From: Candidatus Micrarchaeota archaeon
GTDB lineage: Archaea > Micrarchaeota > Micrarchaeia > Anstonellales > Bilamarchaeaceae
Direction of reading: 5' to 3'
DNA: 64,000 nucleotides
NCBI GenBank assembly: GCA_040753215.1
Contig: JBFMEZ010000025.1
Span: 5,528 to 69,527, forward strand
In this document: in pieces, positions 37,201 to 45,609 of the stretch
How the letters are laid out: each line of letters starts with the position of its first letter
Position numbering within the stretch: position 1 is the first letter of the stretch
The notes under the pieces: generated by a model
Databases searched by the model: none
What the model was told of the DNA's origin: nothing
Seen by the model: only the letters and a program-made list of their open reading frames with translations
Made by a program: the position numbers and the translations under genes

Positions 37201-40200
37201 CTGTGCCCAGGGGCAAGCTCCGCAAGAAGGCCCGCGGCTCCGCGCCTGACATTAACATCTTCGTTGTGAGCCAGCAGCTCCCCGAGGAGGGGCCCTGCAC
37301 GGCTGAAATCCATCGCAAGGAAGTACCTCCGGGTGTCCAGGCCTTTTCCGCCCAAAAGTATGAGCCGGCTGGCCGCACCCTCTGCGACCTGCTGGGAATC
37401 GTGGGTGAGCATCGGGGCGAGCACATCGCACGCCTCTTCGGTGCCCATCTGTCCCAGCACGGATATCGTTCTGAGGTTTTCCCCGTCCTCCCTGCCTGCG
37501 TATATGGACGGCAGGAGGCGGAGGCCGCCGGAGTGTATGCTTGAAACCGCGAGCTTCCTGACTTCGGCGTTCCCGCCGGCTGTTGCGGAACAGAGCACGG
37601 GGTAAACATCTTCAGGGTAGCGCACCGCGAATTCCGAGAGCAGGGTGGCGGCTGAGACGCCGGCTGCTTCGCTGAGCTCGCTGCCATCGCTGTCCAGCAC
37701 CGCTTCCTTCAGGAGGGCGAGCGAGCGGTTGAAATCCAGGTTCCTGAAATATTTGTGGGTGTCAGTGCCATCTGCTCCGTGCGCGGCGAGCAGCACACGG
37801 GCCGCCTCTGCGGAAACTGCGGGCTCCGTGTCGAGCAGCACGGGCGAGAGCGCGGCAAGCGCCTCCTGCGTCCCTATCTCCCTCAGGACCGAGACCGCGT
37901 TTAGCTTGCCCTCCCTTGTGCATGAGCCGAATTCCTCGGACACGGCCCGTATCACTGCGCCGTCCCCCCGGGATATGAGCATGGAGCATACGCCCATCGC
38001 GACATCCGGGTAGTCCAGGGCTCCGGCGAGGCCGTTGAGCGCCGCCGGGTCGTTTATGTCCGCCAGCCTCTGGAGGGCTGCGAGGCGGGCATCGGAGTCC
38101 TTCGCCCTGTGGAGCAACTTCACGAGCCTTGCTACCTCCCTGCCGGATTCCCTGGAAGATGCGACCAGCTCCGGAGCGGGAGGCGAGTAAACTGTAGGCC
38201 CCGCGTTTTCTGGCCCGGATTTTCCCACAAGCCCCTGCGGAGGCGGGTATAGGGATGTCGGCCTCGCTTCCAGAGGTATTCCATCTGCATGGGCCTCTGC
38301 TGTTTGCGGCACCGGAGCTGGCGGCTCTGGTTCGGCCGCAGGAACATGCGAGGTTGCGCCCGGCGTTTCCGGAGCCGGCTGGCCTTCAGCGGCAGGTGCA
38401 GCAGGTTCCTCGCCCAAAACATCCTCTTCCCTCACCGGAGCAGGCGGCTGGGACGGGGTTTCTGGCAAACCAAACCCCCGCCCTCCCGGTCCCACTTCGG
38501 CTCTGGAGGTTTGGTTTGGTCTCCCGTTTCCTGTTTCCGGTTTCGCGTCCGCTGTTGGCTGCGGAGCGCCTGCTGCCTGCGCTTCTGCCTTTTCTCCTGC
38601 AAGCGCTGCGGCTATCTCTTCCGGTGTGGGGGCACGTCTCTGAAACGTCCTCCATTTATCCGGAGGCAGCAGTTTTCCATCGGGGCCGAGCAGCGCGGGG
38701 CCCACATCCGGCGCAGGTGCGGGGCCTTTCATTGTCGGGTGCGCGGAAGGAACATCAGCAACCGGCTGGGGAGTGGAAACTGTAGAGTGGGAACCGGGAA
38801 CCGGAAGCGGGGAACTGGTTGCTGGCTGCGCTGCGGGCATCCCTACTGCGGTCCCTCCCCTCGCAGCGTCTGCCATCTCTTGTGAACCTGAAACGGGCGG
38901 CTTTCCTGCCGTAAGGTCAATCACCCGCTGGAACTCGCCGCTTTCGGAAGCATCCGGCGCATGTGGCACAATTTCCAAGTGCAGCTTCTTTGCACCCGGT
39001 TTCCCGCTTTCTGTTTCGGAACTGGAAACCGGAGACAGGAAACCGGAAACTGCGCTGCCACCTGCGGGCGGGACTGCGTGACCGGCAACCGTTCTGCCTC
39101 TCAGCGCCTCTGCCATTGCGAGGCTCTCGGGGGCAGCGGAGGAAACCGGCCCGGAACCGGAAACTGGAAGCCGGGAACCGTGAACCGGCTCTGTTGGTGC
39201 AGCTGCGGTGGCGGCTCTTGGCGCTTCCGCTGGGGGAGTCGGCACTTCGGGAGTTTCCGGCAACCGGGAACCGGAAACTGGAAGCTGGGGTGCCGGGTAA
39301 GGAGGAGGAAGCGGCTTAAGGAGGCCTGAATCGCCTTCTGAGCCGGCTGCGATTGTGGCAGCGAGGCCTATGGGCGCGGCGATTTCGACCGCATGCACGC
39401 GCGGGCCGGAGCCGTTTGCAGGAGGGGCTGCTGGAACCGTGGGCCTTGCTTCACTCTCCTTTGCGGCCTCAAGCTCGCGCTCGACAACCTTAAGGAATTC
39501 CAGCACTGCCGGCCCGGAGGGAAGCCCTATCCTTTCGGAATTTATCTTGTCCAATGCCGCGTGCATCAGTTCCGGCGCAATGGAACCGTTGCCGCAGAGA
39601 AGGTAGATGTGGAGCTTTGCAGGGTAGGGGTGGCCCGCATCTATGCACAGCCCGGAGAAGAATGCCGTCTCCTCATCAATGCCGCTGAACTGCTTCCTCT
39701 CGGAAAGGAGGATTGCGAGTGCCTTCTTTCCCACATCCTCGGGAATGAAGCCCCTCTGCACCCTGTTGTCTATCTGCCTTTTCGTCCTTATTTCGGCCCT
39801 GCAGACCGTGAAGAGCTTGTCCGCCTCTTCGGGGGTTTTCACCGACGCCTCGCCTGCGCGAACACGCCTAAGGGCTTCCTCCGCGGCCATGGCAGCGTAG
39901 TTGTCGGCCGGCGGCTTCCATTCCTTTCCGACTGCGCGCATGAGTGCGGCGAGCCGCTCGGGCATCGCGAGAACTGCGTTCCAGCCCTCGAGTTCTGCCT
40001 CCTTTTCGGCAAGGGCTGCGGGAGCGGGTTCCTTCTTTCTCATGCCCCCAACAGACTTGCCGAGGGTTTCAACAAAACCTTCCGCGGTCCTGCGCAGCTT
40101 CTCGCCCTGGAAAATATTGAGCAGGCCGGAGCGGCCCACGCGCACTCCGCCCATGGTTCTCGGGCCTTCCGCGAGCATAGTATAAGCGTTATCTTCGGGC

Positions 40201-42500
40201 TCTGCGCCGAACGCTGCCTTCCACGCCTTCTGCAGGAGCTGGGCGAGCTCCGGGTCCGCCTGCTCTATTTCGAGGATGTGGAGCCTCCTGGCCGCCTCTC
40301 CCATTTTGATTACATAGGCAAGTGCAGCGGCCTTGACCAGGTCTTCGGCGGCCTTATCCGTTTCCGGTTTCCCGCTTCCAGTTTCCGGCAACGGAGAACC
40401 GGGAACTGGCAACTGCTGGGCGCCTTCTGCCGCCTCTTCCGTGCTGCCTGAATCGTACCATCCGAGATATCTCTCGTCCGCAACGAGCCGCCGCACCTGC
40501 TCCTCCCTCGGCAATCTGAGGAGTTCCGGCGGGACTATTGCGCCTGCCTTCTGCCTTATTGCCTGCTCCAGCCCGGCCGCAAGCGAATCCATGGAATCGT
40601 TCAGCCCTCCAACGGCATCCGGCCCCAGGATTTCGGCGTTTGCAAGGAAAACCCTGCAGGAATCCCTCACAAATGAGCGCACATCAGACTGGAATTCCTT
40701 TTCTTCCTTAAGGGAGGCGAGGACCTGCGGGCGGGTGAGCAGGATGCCTGAAGCGAGGTATCTCCTCTCTGCCTCAAATGCAACGGAATAGGAATAGCCG
40801 CCCTCTTCTGCAATCATCCATATGTATTCGCCGCTGCTGCCCTGCAGCTTAAAGCGTGCCTGGAGAAGAATGTCGCCGGCGGAATCCAGGTCGGACGGGA
40901 TGACGAAATGGGTCCCGGAGAGCCGGATTGCGGCATCGGCTTCCTCATCCGTATAGCCGGAACCCTCTGCGGCCTTACTTATCAGCTTTGCGGCATCCTC
41001 TTCTTTCAGGAGATACTCCTTTGCCGCTGCCAGGTATCCTGAGGCCGCTTCCTCATCCTGGAGAATAGTGCCCTTTGCCTCTGCAGCATTCTGGGCCGCT
41101 ATCCAGGCTTTCATCGGGAATCCGCCTTTATCACCGGCTTTTCCTACAAGGACATGGTTCTGGATTTTCTGCTCTTCGGTGAGGACTGGCGGCCTGGGCA
41201 TCACGGTTGTGGATTCGGATTCGTGGATGAGCATCTGCCTTGTTTCCTCAAGGACATGGCGGGAATATTCATCGGGATGCATGCTGGGGAGCTTTACCGG
41301 GACCGCGTCGCCTGAGCCGATGTCCGCCTTTCCTGAAAGGCGCTCGGCTGCGCGCATGTAAACCCTCCTCGGGAATCCGCCGGATTTCCCGGAACCGTAT
41401 ACGTAGGATGATGGGTTGCTGAGGAAGGAGTGCTCTGCCCTCATCTCTGCAAGCACCTCTTCGGAGACTATTCTCTTTCCTGAAGAGGAGTGCCTTCCGG
41501 CTACTGTGGTGATGACCGGGGTGCGGAGCGGGCCGGCGGGAACTCCCCTCCCGCCGAGCATCCTCACATATTCGTATCCGTGCCTCGCCTGCATTAGGAG
41601 GTCGAGCGCTTCGGATTCCAGCGCCTCGCGCCTTTCCTTGCGGCCGTGCGTGACGTGCATCCCGAGGGCCTTTGCAGGCGGCTTCGGGAACCAGTTGTAT
41701 TTTGCGCAGAGGGCGAGGGCTGAGGCGGCTTCCCTTGCGGTGAAGCCGTTCTTTTTCGCGAGCCTGCGGATGAATCTTTCAGTTGCATTCGGGATTCCGG
41801 CTTCCGGTGAAACAACCACTTTGGGGGGAGCGGGCTGCGGCGCGGGCGGCTGGGGCGGAATGGCAGGGGCAGTAACCGGCCGGGTTGCCATGGACGATAC
41901 AGAAGCTGGAGATGCGGACGAGACTGGGGTGGAAGCAGGAACTGGCAGCCGGGAACTGGAAACTGGAGACCGCGGGGCTGCCATGCCTTTTGGATGCGGC
42001 TGCGCTGCTTTGCTTAGGAGGCCGAGGGCTCCAGCCTCATCCGCCGGAATGCTGCCGGAGCAGAAGGAGATGCCCCTTGCCCTTAGGATGTCATCTTCCG
42101 TGAAACGGGTGTCCCTGCCGGCTGCCTTCCTGAGGAGGCGCATGAGCTTTTTTTCGGAGCCCGCCCATTCCTCTGCGCGCACGAGCAGGTCGCGGGCGCT
42201 GTTTCCTGTGAGCCTTGTGCCGGGCGGAAGGTCGAGGCACAGGTCCTTTGCAAGCCCGATTACGGCTGCTGTGCAAGGGTACCCTTTATTGCCTGTGTAT
42301 TCCACCACGTACCAGTTTGTGGCGATGTCGAGCAGGTTGCGCGCAGAGGATGCATCAAATGCCGAGCCTTCTGGCAGGCGCTTTACTAAGCCCTTGGCTG
42401 CCGCAAGCGCATCGTTGGTATATCCATCGTACTCTGCGACATTTTCAAGCAATGCAAGGTTCCTTTCGGTTCCAGCTGGGAGTGCAGTAGTGTCTCTCAT
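34224..42500 (-). CDS. giant protein (2758 aa): N-terminal globular regions, ~450-aa Pro/Ala-rich low-complexity linker, ~1500-aa array of PBS-lyase/HEAT-like repeats
   Basis: 8.3-kb open frame in 60% GC DNA, which cannot be chance. The C-terminal half is repeated helical units (e.g. DSDARLAALQRLADINDPAALNGLAGALDYPD, NEDVNVRRGAAGLLAELAPGH). The linker contains in-frame GGAAACC-family repeats giving PVSGS and PETGN peptides. Confidence 0.7.
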   Translation of the reverse strand: MRDTTALPAGTERNLALLENVAEYDGYTNDALAAAKGLVKRLPEGSAFDASSARNLLDIATNWYVVEYTGNKGYPCTAAVIGLAKDLCLDLPPGTRLTGNSARDLLVRAEEWAGSEKKLMRLLRKAAGRDTRFTEDDILRARGISFCSGSIPADEAGALGLLSKAAQPHPKGMAAPRSPVSSSRLPVPASTPVSSASPASVSSMATRPVTAPAIPPQPPAPQPAPPKVVVSPEAGIPNATERFIRRLAKKNGFTAREAASALALCAKYNWFPKPPAKALGMHVTHGRKERREALESEALDLLMQARHGYEYVRMLGGRGVPAGPLRTPVITTVAGRHSSSGKRIVSEEVLAEMRAEHSFLSNPSSYVYGSGKSGGFPRRVYMRAAERLSGKADIGSGDAVPVKLPSMHPDEYSRHVLEETRQMLIHESESTTVMPRPPVLTEEQKIQNHVLVGKAGDKGGFPMKAWIAAQNAAEAKGTILQDEEAASGYLAAAKEYLLKEEDAAKLISKAAEGSGYTDEEADAAIRLSGTHFVIPSDLDSAGDILLQARFKLQGSSGEYIWMIAEEGGYSYSVAFEAERRYLASGILLTRPQVLASLKEEKEFQSDVRSFVRDSCRVFLANAEILGPDAVGGLNDSMDSLAAGLEQAIRQKAGAIVPPELLRLPREEQVRRLVADERYLGWYDSGSTEEAAEGAQQLPVPGSPLPETGSGKPETDKAAEDLVKAAALAYVIKMGEAARRLHILEIEQADPELAQLLQKAWKAAFGAEPEDNAYTMLAEGPRTMGGVRVGRSGLLNIFQGEKLRRTAEGFVETLGKSVGGMRKKEPAPAALAEKEAELEGWNAVLAMPERLAALMRAVGKEWKPPADNYAAMAAEEALRRVRAGEASVKTPEEADKLFTVCRAEIRTKRQIDNRVQRGFIPEDVGKKALAILLSERKQFSGIDEETAFFSGLCIDAGHPYPAKLHIYLLCGNGSIAPELMHAALDKINSERIGLPSGPAVLEFLKVVERELEAAKESEARPTVPAAPPANGSGPRVHAVEIAAPIGLAATIAAGSEGDSGLLKPLPPPYPAPQLPVSGSRLPETPEVPTPPAEAPRAATAAAPTEPVHGSRLPVSGSGPVSSAAPESLAMAEALRGRTVAGHAVPPAGGSAVSGFLSPVSSSETESGKPGAKKLHLEIVPHAPDASESGEFQRVIDLTAGKPPVSGSQEMADAARGGTAVGMPAAQPATSSPLPVPGSHSTVSTPQPVADVPSAHPTMKGPAPAPDVGPALLGPDGKLLPPDKWRTFQRRAPTPEEIAAALAGEKAEAQAAGAPQPTADAKPETGNGRPNQTSRAEVGPGGRGFGLPETPSQPPAPVREEDVLGEEPAAPAAEGQPAPETPGATSHVPAAEPEPPAPVPQTAEAHADGIPLEARPTSLYPPPQGLVGKSGPENAGPTVYSPPAPELVASSRESGREVARLVKLLHRAKDSDARLAALQRLADINDPAALNGLAGALDYPDVAMGVCSMLISRGDGAVIRAVSEEFGSCTREGKLNAVSVLREIGTQEALAALSPVLLDTEPAVSAEAARVLLAAHGADGTDTHKYFRNLDFNRSLALLKEAVLDSDGSELSEAAGVSAATLLSEFAVRYPEDVYPVLCSATAGGNAEVRKLAVSSIHSGGLRLLPSIYAGREDGENLRTISVLGQMGTEEACDVLAPMLTHDSQQVAEGAASRLILLGGKGLDTRRYFLAMDFSRAGPLLGELLAHNEDVNVRRGAAGLLAELAPGHRDAYPLLASAIAEGDTEASHTIMQALHEGSFDALRHLEDTLLDPGSPEVAVERAAELFLSAKGDDADVHYAYSRLLEAASGNSRAMEIMEAEADFGRVCAVLGDYNAPFAARKSAAALVGGQAAGTSVPLLLNAYQQQPELRESVASLLAAMEPAGMLAVALSESRTLGRVHDPLISQLVMEMAEKGSNPVAHLASYAEAESSKGTLTAEECRFMISLAMEAGFADDDANRILASSLPVLKGMDDEQLVAAARFARKIGKGAVPVILRYAEAAAEGLGADGAHLLSIVVEDIGAKEGVEFLKHALPEAVRMNPAQLEKLQDLAIKLDAAHGEAILLEYAERKSREGALTPKEALALSGLASAFGGLLESGRCAALAGHMLPLIKDMDAADVAAMQDFASLPVFAEGATKHAGRFLADREKEGIAPKEAAAIAVLLARINSDASYRLLSGLVSGKSLGDEAVRTGRRVEEALSAAYGKGEVRPCLMRAAFDRGELSDLGLVAFKIFREQKDCGADLIKACVKAHLFGDVEAADNADRLREARTILVRNGDLAVGQLSDIVLSVDFSRYPPEYRRNALVTIGELAGYARKKKGHRQSEATEKKARECLLNAIGMKELSEGVVAMVLSEMRNINLLDSVAAVLSTEGGEKLAARVYNVLRLMGRGAQEQIGAMLRSGDENKAVQAAELFTRVLQSGRETPKELSVLPEFRENTRLLAGLLRHRNGMVSTCAEDALKAAGPYVPLDELERMVRLRVHPQDLLPLDLEIASRKTAAQLMAAAGGPAAEHFAAIIGDSRMLPEVISEVLGVAAGSPAIGEKLLEPMALRGGQGDLEEKYEALNFAAELDSPFSALLCAVQCGKDVGVPMSAAFSGSPPAEWQKLLLKWAAVKAVVYRGEASAASQLIASGMFTAAEIGELMRDAVDKRLADERMMARDRRELPAYYAGYFGPELRGRIAASMNAPRPAPSPGLPLPKRFRGLVQGPPPVPRGARKLHH

Positions 42501-42521
42501 AACATATATTTGTCGCTGAAA

Positions 42522-42534
42522 ATGTTTTTAAAGG
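42522..42534 (-). promoter_or_regulatory. TATA box (CTTTAAAAAC) 23-33 nt upstream of the giant-gene ATG; leaderless transcript likely
   Basis: A/T-rich box in otherwise GC-rich DNA at the canonical archaeal distance from the start codon. Confidence 0.5.
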
Positions 42535-42620
42535 GATGCTATTTATAAACATCCAAAACCACTACGGAAAAAAGGGCTGGAAACAGAAAACCGGAAACCT
42601 GGCGGAGGAAGGTTTATTAG

Positions 42621-42638
42621 TTTTATATGATATAATTA
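42621..42638 (+). promoter_or_regulatory. TATA box (TTTTATATGATATAATTA) upstream of PCNA
   Basis: AT-rich box 16-33 nt upstream of ATG 42654. Confidence 0.5.
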
Positions 42639-42653
42639 CGCGGGGTGGAGAAA

Positions 42654-43397
42654 ATGAAAATTGTGATGGATGACGCTACTTCTCTCAAGGATGCGGTGGA
42701 TACCATTGTGAACCTGGTGGAAGAAGGGCTGTTCGAATTCACGAACGAGGGCGTGCGGCTGAAGGCAATGGACCCTTCGCAGATTTCCATGATTTCCTTC
42801 TTCATGCCGAAGGAGGCGTTCTCCCACTACGGGATTGACGAGGAGAGGAAAATCGGGATAGACGTGGACAAGCTGAGCCGGGTGCTCGCGCGCGGGATGA
42901 AGGGCGAGAGCGCGGAGCTGGGGCTTGAGGAGGGGCGGCTGAAAATCACATTCAGCGGCGCCAAGAAGAGGAGGGTTTTCCGGCTTCCGCTCATAGACGT
43001 CGGCTCAGGGCTGGAGAGGGAGCCGAAAATAGAGTATAAGAACCATATAAAGGTGGATGCGGACGCGTTCAGGGAGGTGCTCAAGGACGCGAAGCTGCTG
43101 AGCAGCCACATACGGCTCATACTGGAGGACGGGAAGTTCAGGGTGGAGATACGGGGGGATGAGGGCGAAGTGAAGGAAGAGTTCGAGAAGGATTCGGATG
43201 CTGTGAAGGAGCTTAAGGCGGTGGACGGGGCGAGGGCCACATTCCCGCTGCAGTACCTCGAGGACATAGTCAAGGCGAGCAAGGGCGGCACCCCGCTCAC
43301 CATTTACATGGAGACGGACAGGCCGCTGAAAGTGGAGTACGAAGTGGTGGGCGCGAAGAGCGTGTATTACTTAGCGCCGAGGATTGAGAGCGCGTGA
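42654..43397 (+). CDS. pcnA: DNA polymerase sliding clamp (PCNA)
   Basis: Length about 248 aa. N-terminal MKIVMDDATSLKDAVDTIVNLVEEGLFEFTNEGVRLKAMDPSQISMISF is the PCNA N-domain pattern. The ORF track uses an upstream GTG. Confidence 0.85.
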   Translation: MKIVMDDATSLKDAVDTIVNLVEEGLFEFTNEGVRLKAMDPSQISMISFFMPKEAFSHYGIDEERKIGIDVDKLSRVLARGMKGESAELGLEEGRLKITFSGAKKRRVFRLPLIDVGSGLEREPKIEYKNHIKVDADAFREVLKDAKLLSSHIRLILEDGKFRVEIRGDEGEVKEEFEKDSDAVKELKAVDGARATFPLQYLEDIVKASKGGTPLTIYMETDRPLKVEYEVVGAKSVYYLAPRIESA

Positions 43398-43410
43398 ATT
43401 GCCCGGCACT

Positions 43411-44280
43411 TTAGGCAAGGGTGTCTATGGCTGCGCGGATTTCCGGGTTCCTCGTTGCCCGTTTCAGCTCCTGCAGAAGCGATTCCCTTTCGGGGGCTTC
43501 TCCGCGGGATGCGTGGCGCGAGGCAACGCGGCTGAGCATTTTCTCCAGTTCGGAGTTGAGGGCGGAGCGCGTATCAAAATCCATCTCCGCGTAGCCCGGG
43601 ACCGCTGCAGTTATGCTGTCTAACACCTCGCGGGCGAGGGCGGACAGCTGCTCGAGCGCCTGCACGTGCTCTGCGGATATTTCCCTCTTTGCATTTCCCA
43701 TGGAATCCACTTCAAAGTACCTGGTCTCGCCTGCGGCGTTTGTGGCGGACCTGACGCTCATTCCGTAGTAACCCGTCTGTGATACGTCCGTGTAGCCCTG
43801 CGTCTGGAGCTCTGCAATTGTGGGTGCATGCCTCCTCGGGGTGGCCCTGCGGGCTTCAGCCGCGGCCGCCTCCTCGCGCGCGGGCACCTCCTCAAGCGTG
43901 CGGGGCAGGGTGAGCGGCGGGGGCGGAAGCCCCAATATGGCAGGCCCCCTCTCTGCGCCCCTCAGCTCGTCTATCGCATATGCGAGGTCCGGGTTGCGCA
44001 CCCGGTTCGGGCCGAACCTGAGCTCCGTGAGGAGGGTGTCGCGCGTGGGGGCCGGGGCACCGCGGTGCGTGCGGTAGAATTCCGTGTAATGGAGCATCAG
44101 CGAACGGAGGGCGCGCTGCAACTCCGCCGCTGCATTCCGCTGCGCGGTTTCTTCCATTACCTGCGGCAGATGCCGGATTATGTCATTTGTGAGCGCATTC
44201 ATCTCGCGGCTTATTGAGTCCAGCTTTTCACCATAAACATCTGCGACGCGTGCCATATGGACACCGGATAAATAGCGCAA
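43411..44280 (-). CDS. hypothetical protein (289 aa), alpha-helical
   Basis: Coding-like ORF with no motif recognised. Confidence 0.4.
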   Translation of the reverse strand: MRYLSGVHMARVADVYGEKLDSISREMNALTNDIIRHLPQVMEETAQRNAAAELQRALRSLMLHYTEFYRTHRGAPAPTRDTLLTELRFGPNRVRNPDLAYAIDELRGAERGPAILGLPPPPLTLPRTLEEVPAREEAAAAEARRATPRRHAPTIAELQTQGYTDVSQTGYYGMSVRSATNAAGETRYFEVDSMGNAKREISAEHVQALEQLSALAREVLDSITAAVPGYAEMDFDTRSALNSELEKMLSRVASRHASRGEAPERESLLQELKRATRNPEIRAAIDTLA

Positions 44281-44292
44281 TGGAAGTTTTTA

Positions 44293-45609
44293 TTACTTCC
44301 TGCTTTTCGCAACCACAAGCAGAAAAGTTGAGACGAGCACCGCGGCGACGGGGCAGGCCGCGGAGCCCGGGGAACCTGAAACCGGGGGCTGGGAACGGGA
44401 GACCGTTATGCTGTCGCTTATCTCGGTGCCCTGGGTGCTTACGAGGTACGGGACGGAGTAGGTGCCGCTGCCCAGCGAATCAAGGTTGAGCGCGTATGAA
44501 AGGGCCTTCCTGCCGCCGGGGGGAAGGAAAAGGATTCCGGACTCCTCGCCGTGCACGTAGGGCGGGAACGTGATTATGTAGGTGGGCGTGAGGTAATTCG
44601 CGCCCGGGTTGCTTATCACAACGCTGAATTCTGTGCCGTCAAAAGCGGCATACGCGGAGGAAACGGGCGGGAAGGGCCCGCTCTGGAGTATACGTATCCT
44701 GGCGACCGTATCGAAAGAGAAGGGGCCTCCCCTCGCAGTGAGCCGGTCGGCAGCGCCGGACTGGTCCAGGGAATAGGTGCCCGCGATGCGGCGCGCATCC
44801 AGGTTCCCCAGCTCCCGGAATGTGGGGTCCGAGGGCACCCACTGGCCGCCCATATCCAGCTCGGCCCATGCGTGCTCCTGCCAGCCGTCGCCGCTGAAGA
44901 CGTAGCCTGAAACGTAGCGCGTGCCGATGCCGAGAGAGCGGGCAAGCGAGATGAGGAGGTGCGTGTAGCCCACGCAAACGGCGCGTCGGCCGGCATATAC
45001 CTCCTCTGCCGGGGCGTCGTCCCCCCAGAAATCCTCATCGTATTCCACGTTCCTGTGCACCCAGTCGGTGAGGACCGCCGCGGCCTCCAGCTGGCCGCTG
45101 CTCTCGGCAGTATGGGAGCGGGCGAAGGCGGCCATTGCTGTGGTGTATGTTGTGAGCGTCGTGCCCGGGATGGAAGCGTTGGGGAGGGGCGGGTTGGAGG
45201 AGAGGTCCGGCATATAGCGCGTCTCAACGACCGCAACGGCAGTTATCTTTTTGGGGGTGGAGAGGTTGGCGGAGCGGTAGATTATCCTTATCTCGTCGCC
45301 GTGGCGGACCGCCTCGCCGTCGCTCAGGTTTATCTGGATTATCCTCTGGAACGGTGATTCGACAAGGAAGGTCGCATTCAGGACCGCGTCGCGGAGGGTG
45401 CCGTTTGAGACTATGTTCCATTCCTTTTCGAACTCGGCTGCCATGTAGCCGGTGTATGTGGAAAAGGAGATTGGGAGGAGAAGGAGGAAAATGAGAGCCG
45501 GAAACCGTGGGCTCAAACCGTGAAGCCAGGGACGGACGGGGGGACGGGAGGGCGGCTTCACGTCTTGACGGGAAACAGGGAACTGGAGGCTGGCTGGCAC
45601 GGGTTTCAT
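44293..45609 (-). CDS. secreted/anchored transglutaminase-like (cysteine-protease-fold) protein
   Basis: RRAVCVGYTHLL (catalytic Cys), WQEHAWAELD (His) and SDPT (Asp) form the transglutaminase-like core. N-terminal signal/TM (ALIFLLLLPISF) and C-terminal TM (VAAVLVSTFLLVVA). The leader region is encoded by heptamer repeats. The start ATG overlaps the purD stop (ATGA). Confidence 0.6.
   Translation of the reverse strand: MKPVPASLQFPVSRQDVKPPSRPPVRPWLHGLSPRFPALIFLLLLPISFSTYTGYMAAEFEKEWNIVSNGTLRDAVLNATFLVESPFQRIIQINLSDGEAVRHGDEIRIIYRSANLSTPKKITAVAVVETRYMPDLSSNPPLPNASIPGTTLTTYTTAMAAFARSHTAESSGQLEAAAVLTDWVHRNVEYDEDFWGDDAPAEEVYAGRRAVCVGYTHLLISLARSLGIGTRYVSGYVFSGDGWQEHAWAELDMGGQWVPSDPTFRELGNLDARRIAGTYSLDQSGAADRLTARGGPFSFDTVARIRILQSGPFPPVSSAYAAFDGTEFSVVISNPGANYLTPTYIITFPPYVHGEESGILFLPPGGRKALSYALNLDSLGSGTYSVPYLVSTQGTEISDSITVSRSQPPVSGSPGSAACPVAAVLVSTFLLVVAKSRK

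Noticed and set aside
38132-39329. Multiple 80-200 aa ORFs (sense and antisense) inside the giant gene enriched in CRxG/TGNRK peptides
   Set aside because: They arise from heptamer repeats read in other frames, and the long sense frame accounts for the region.
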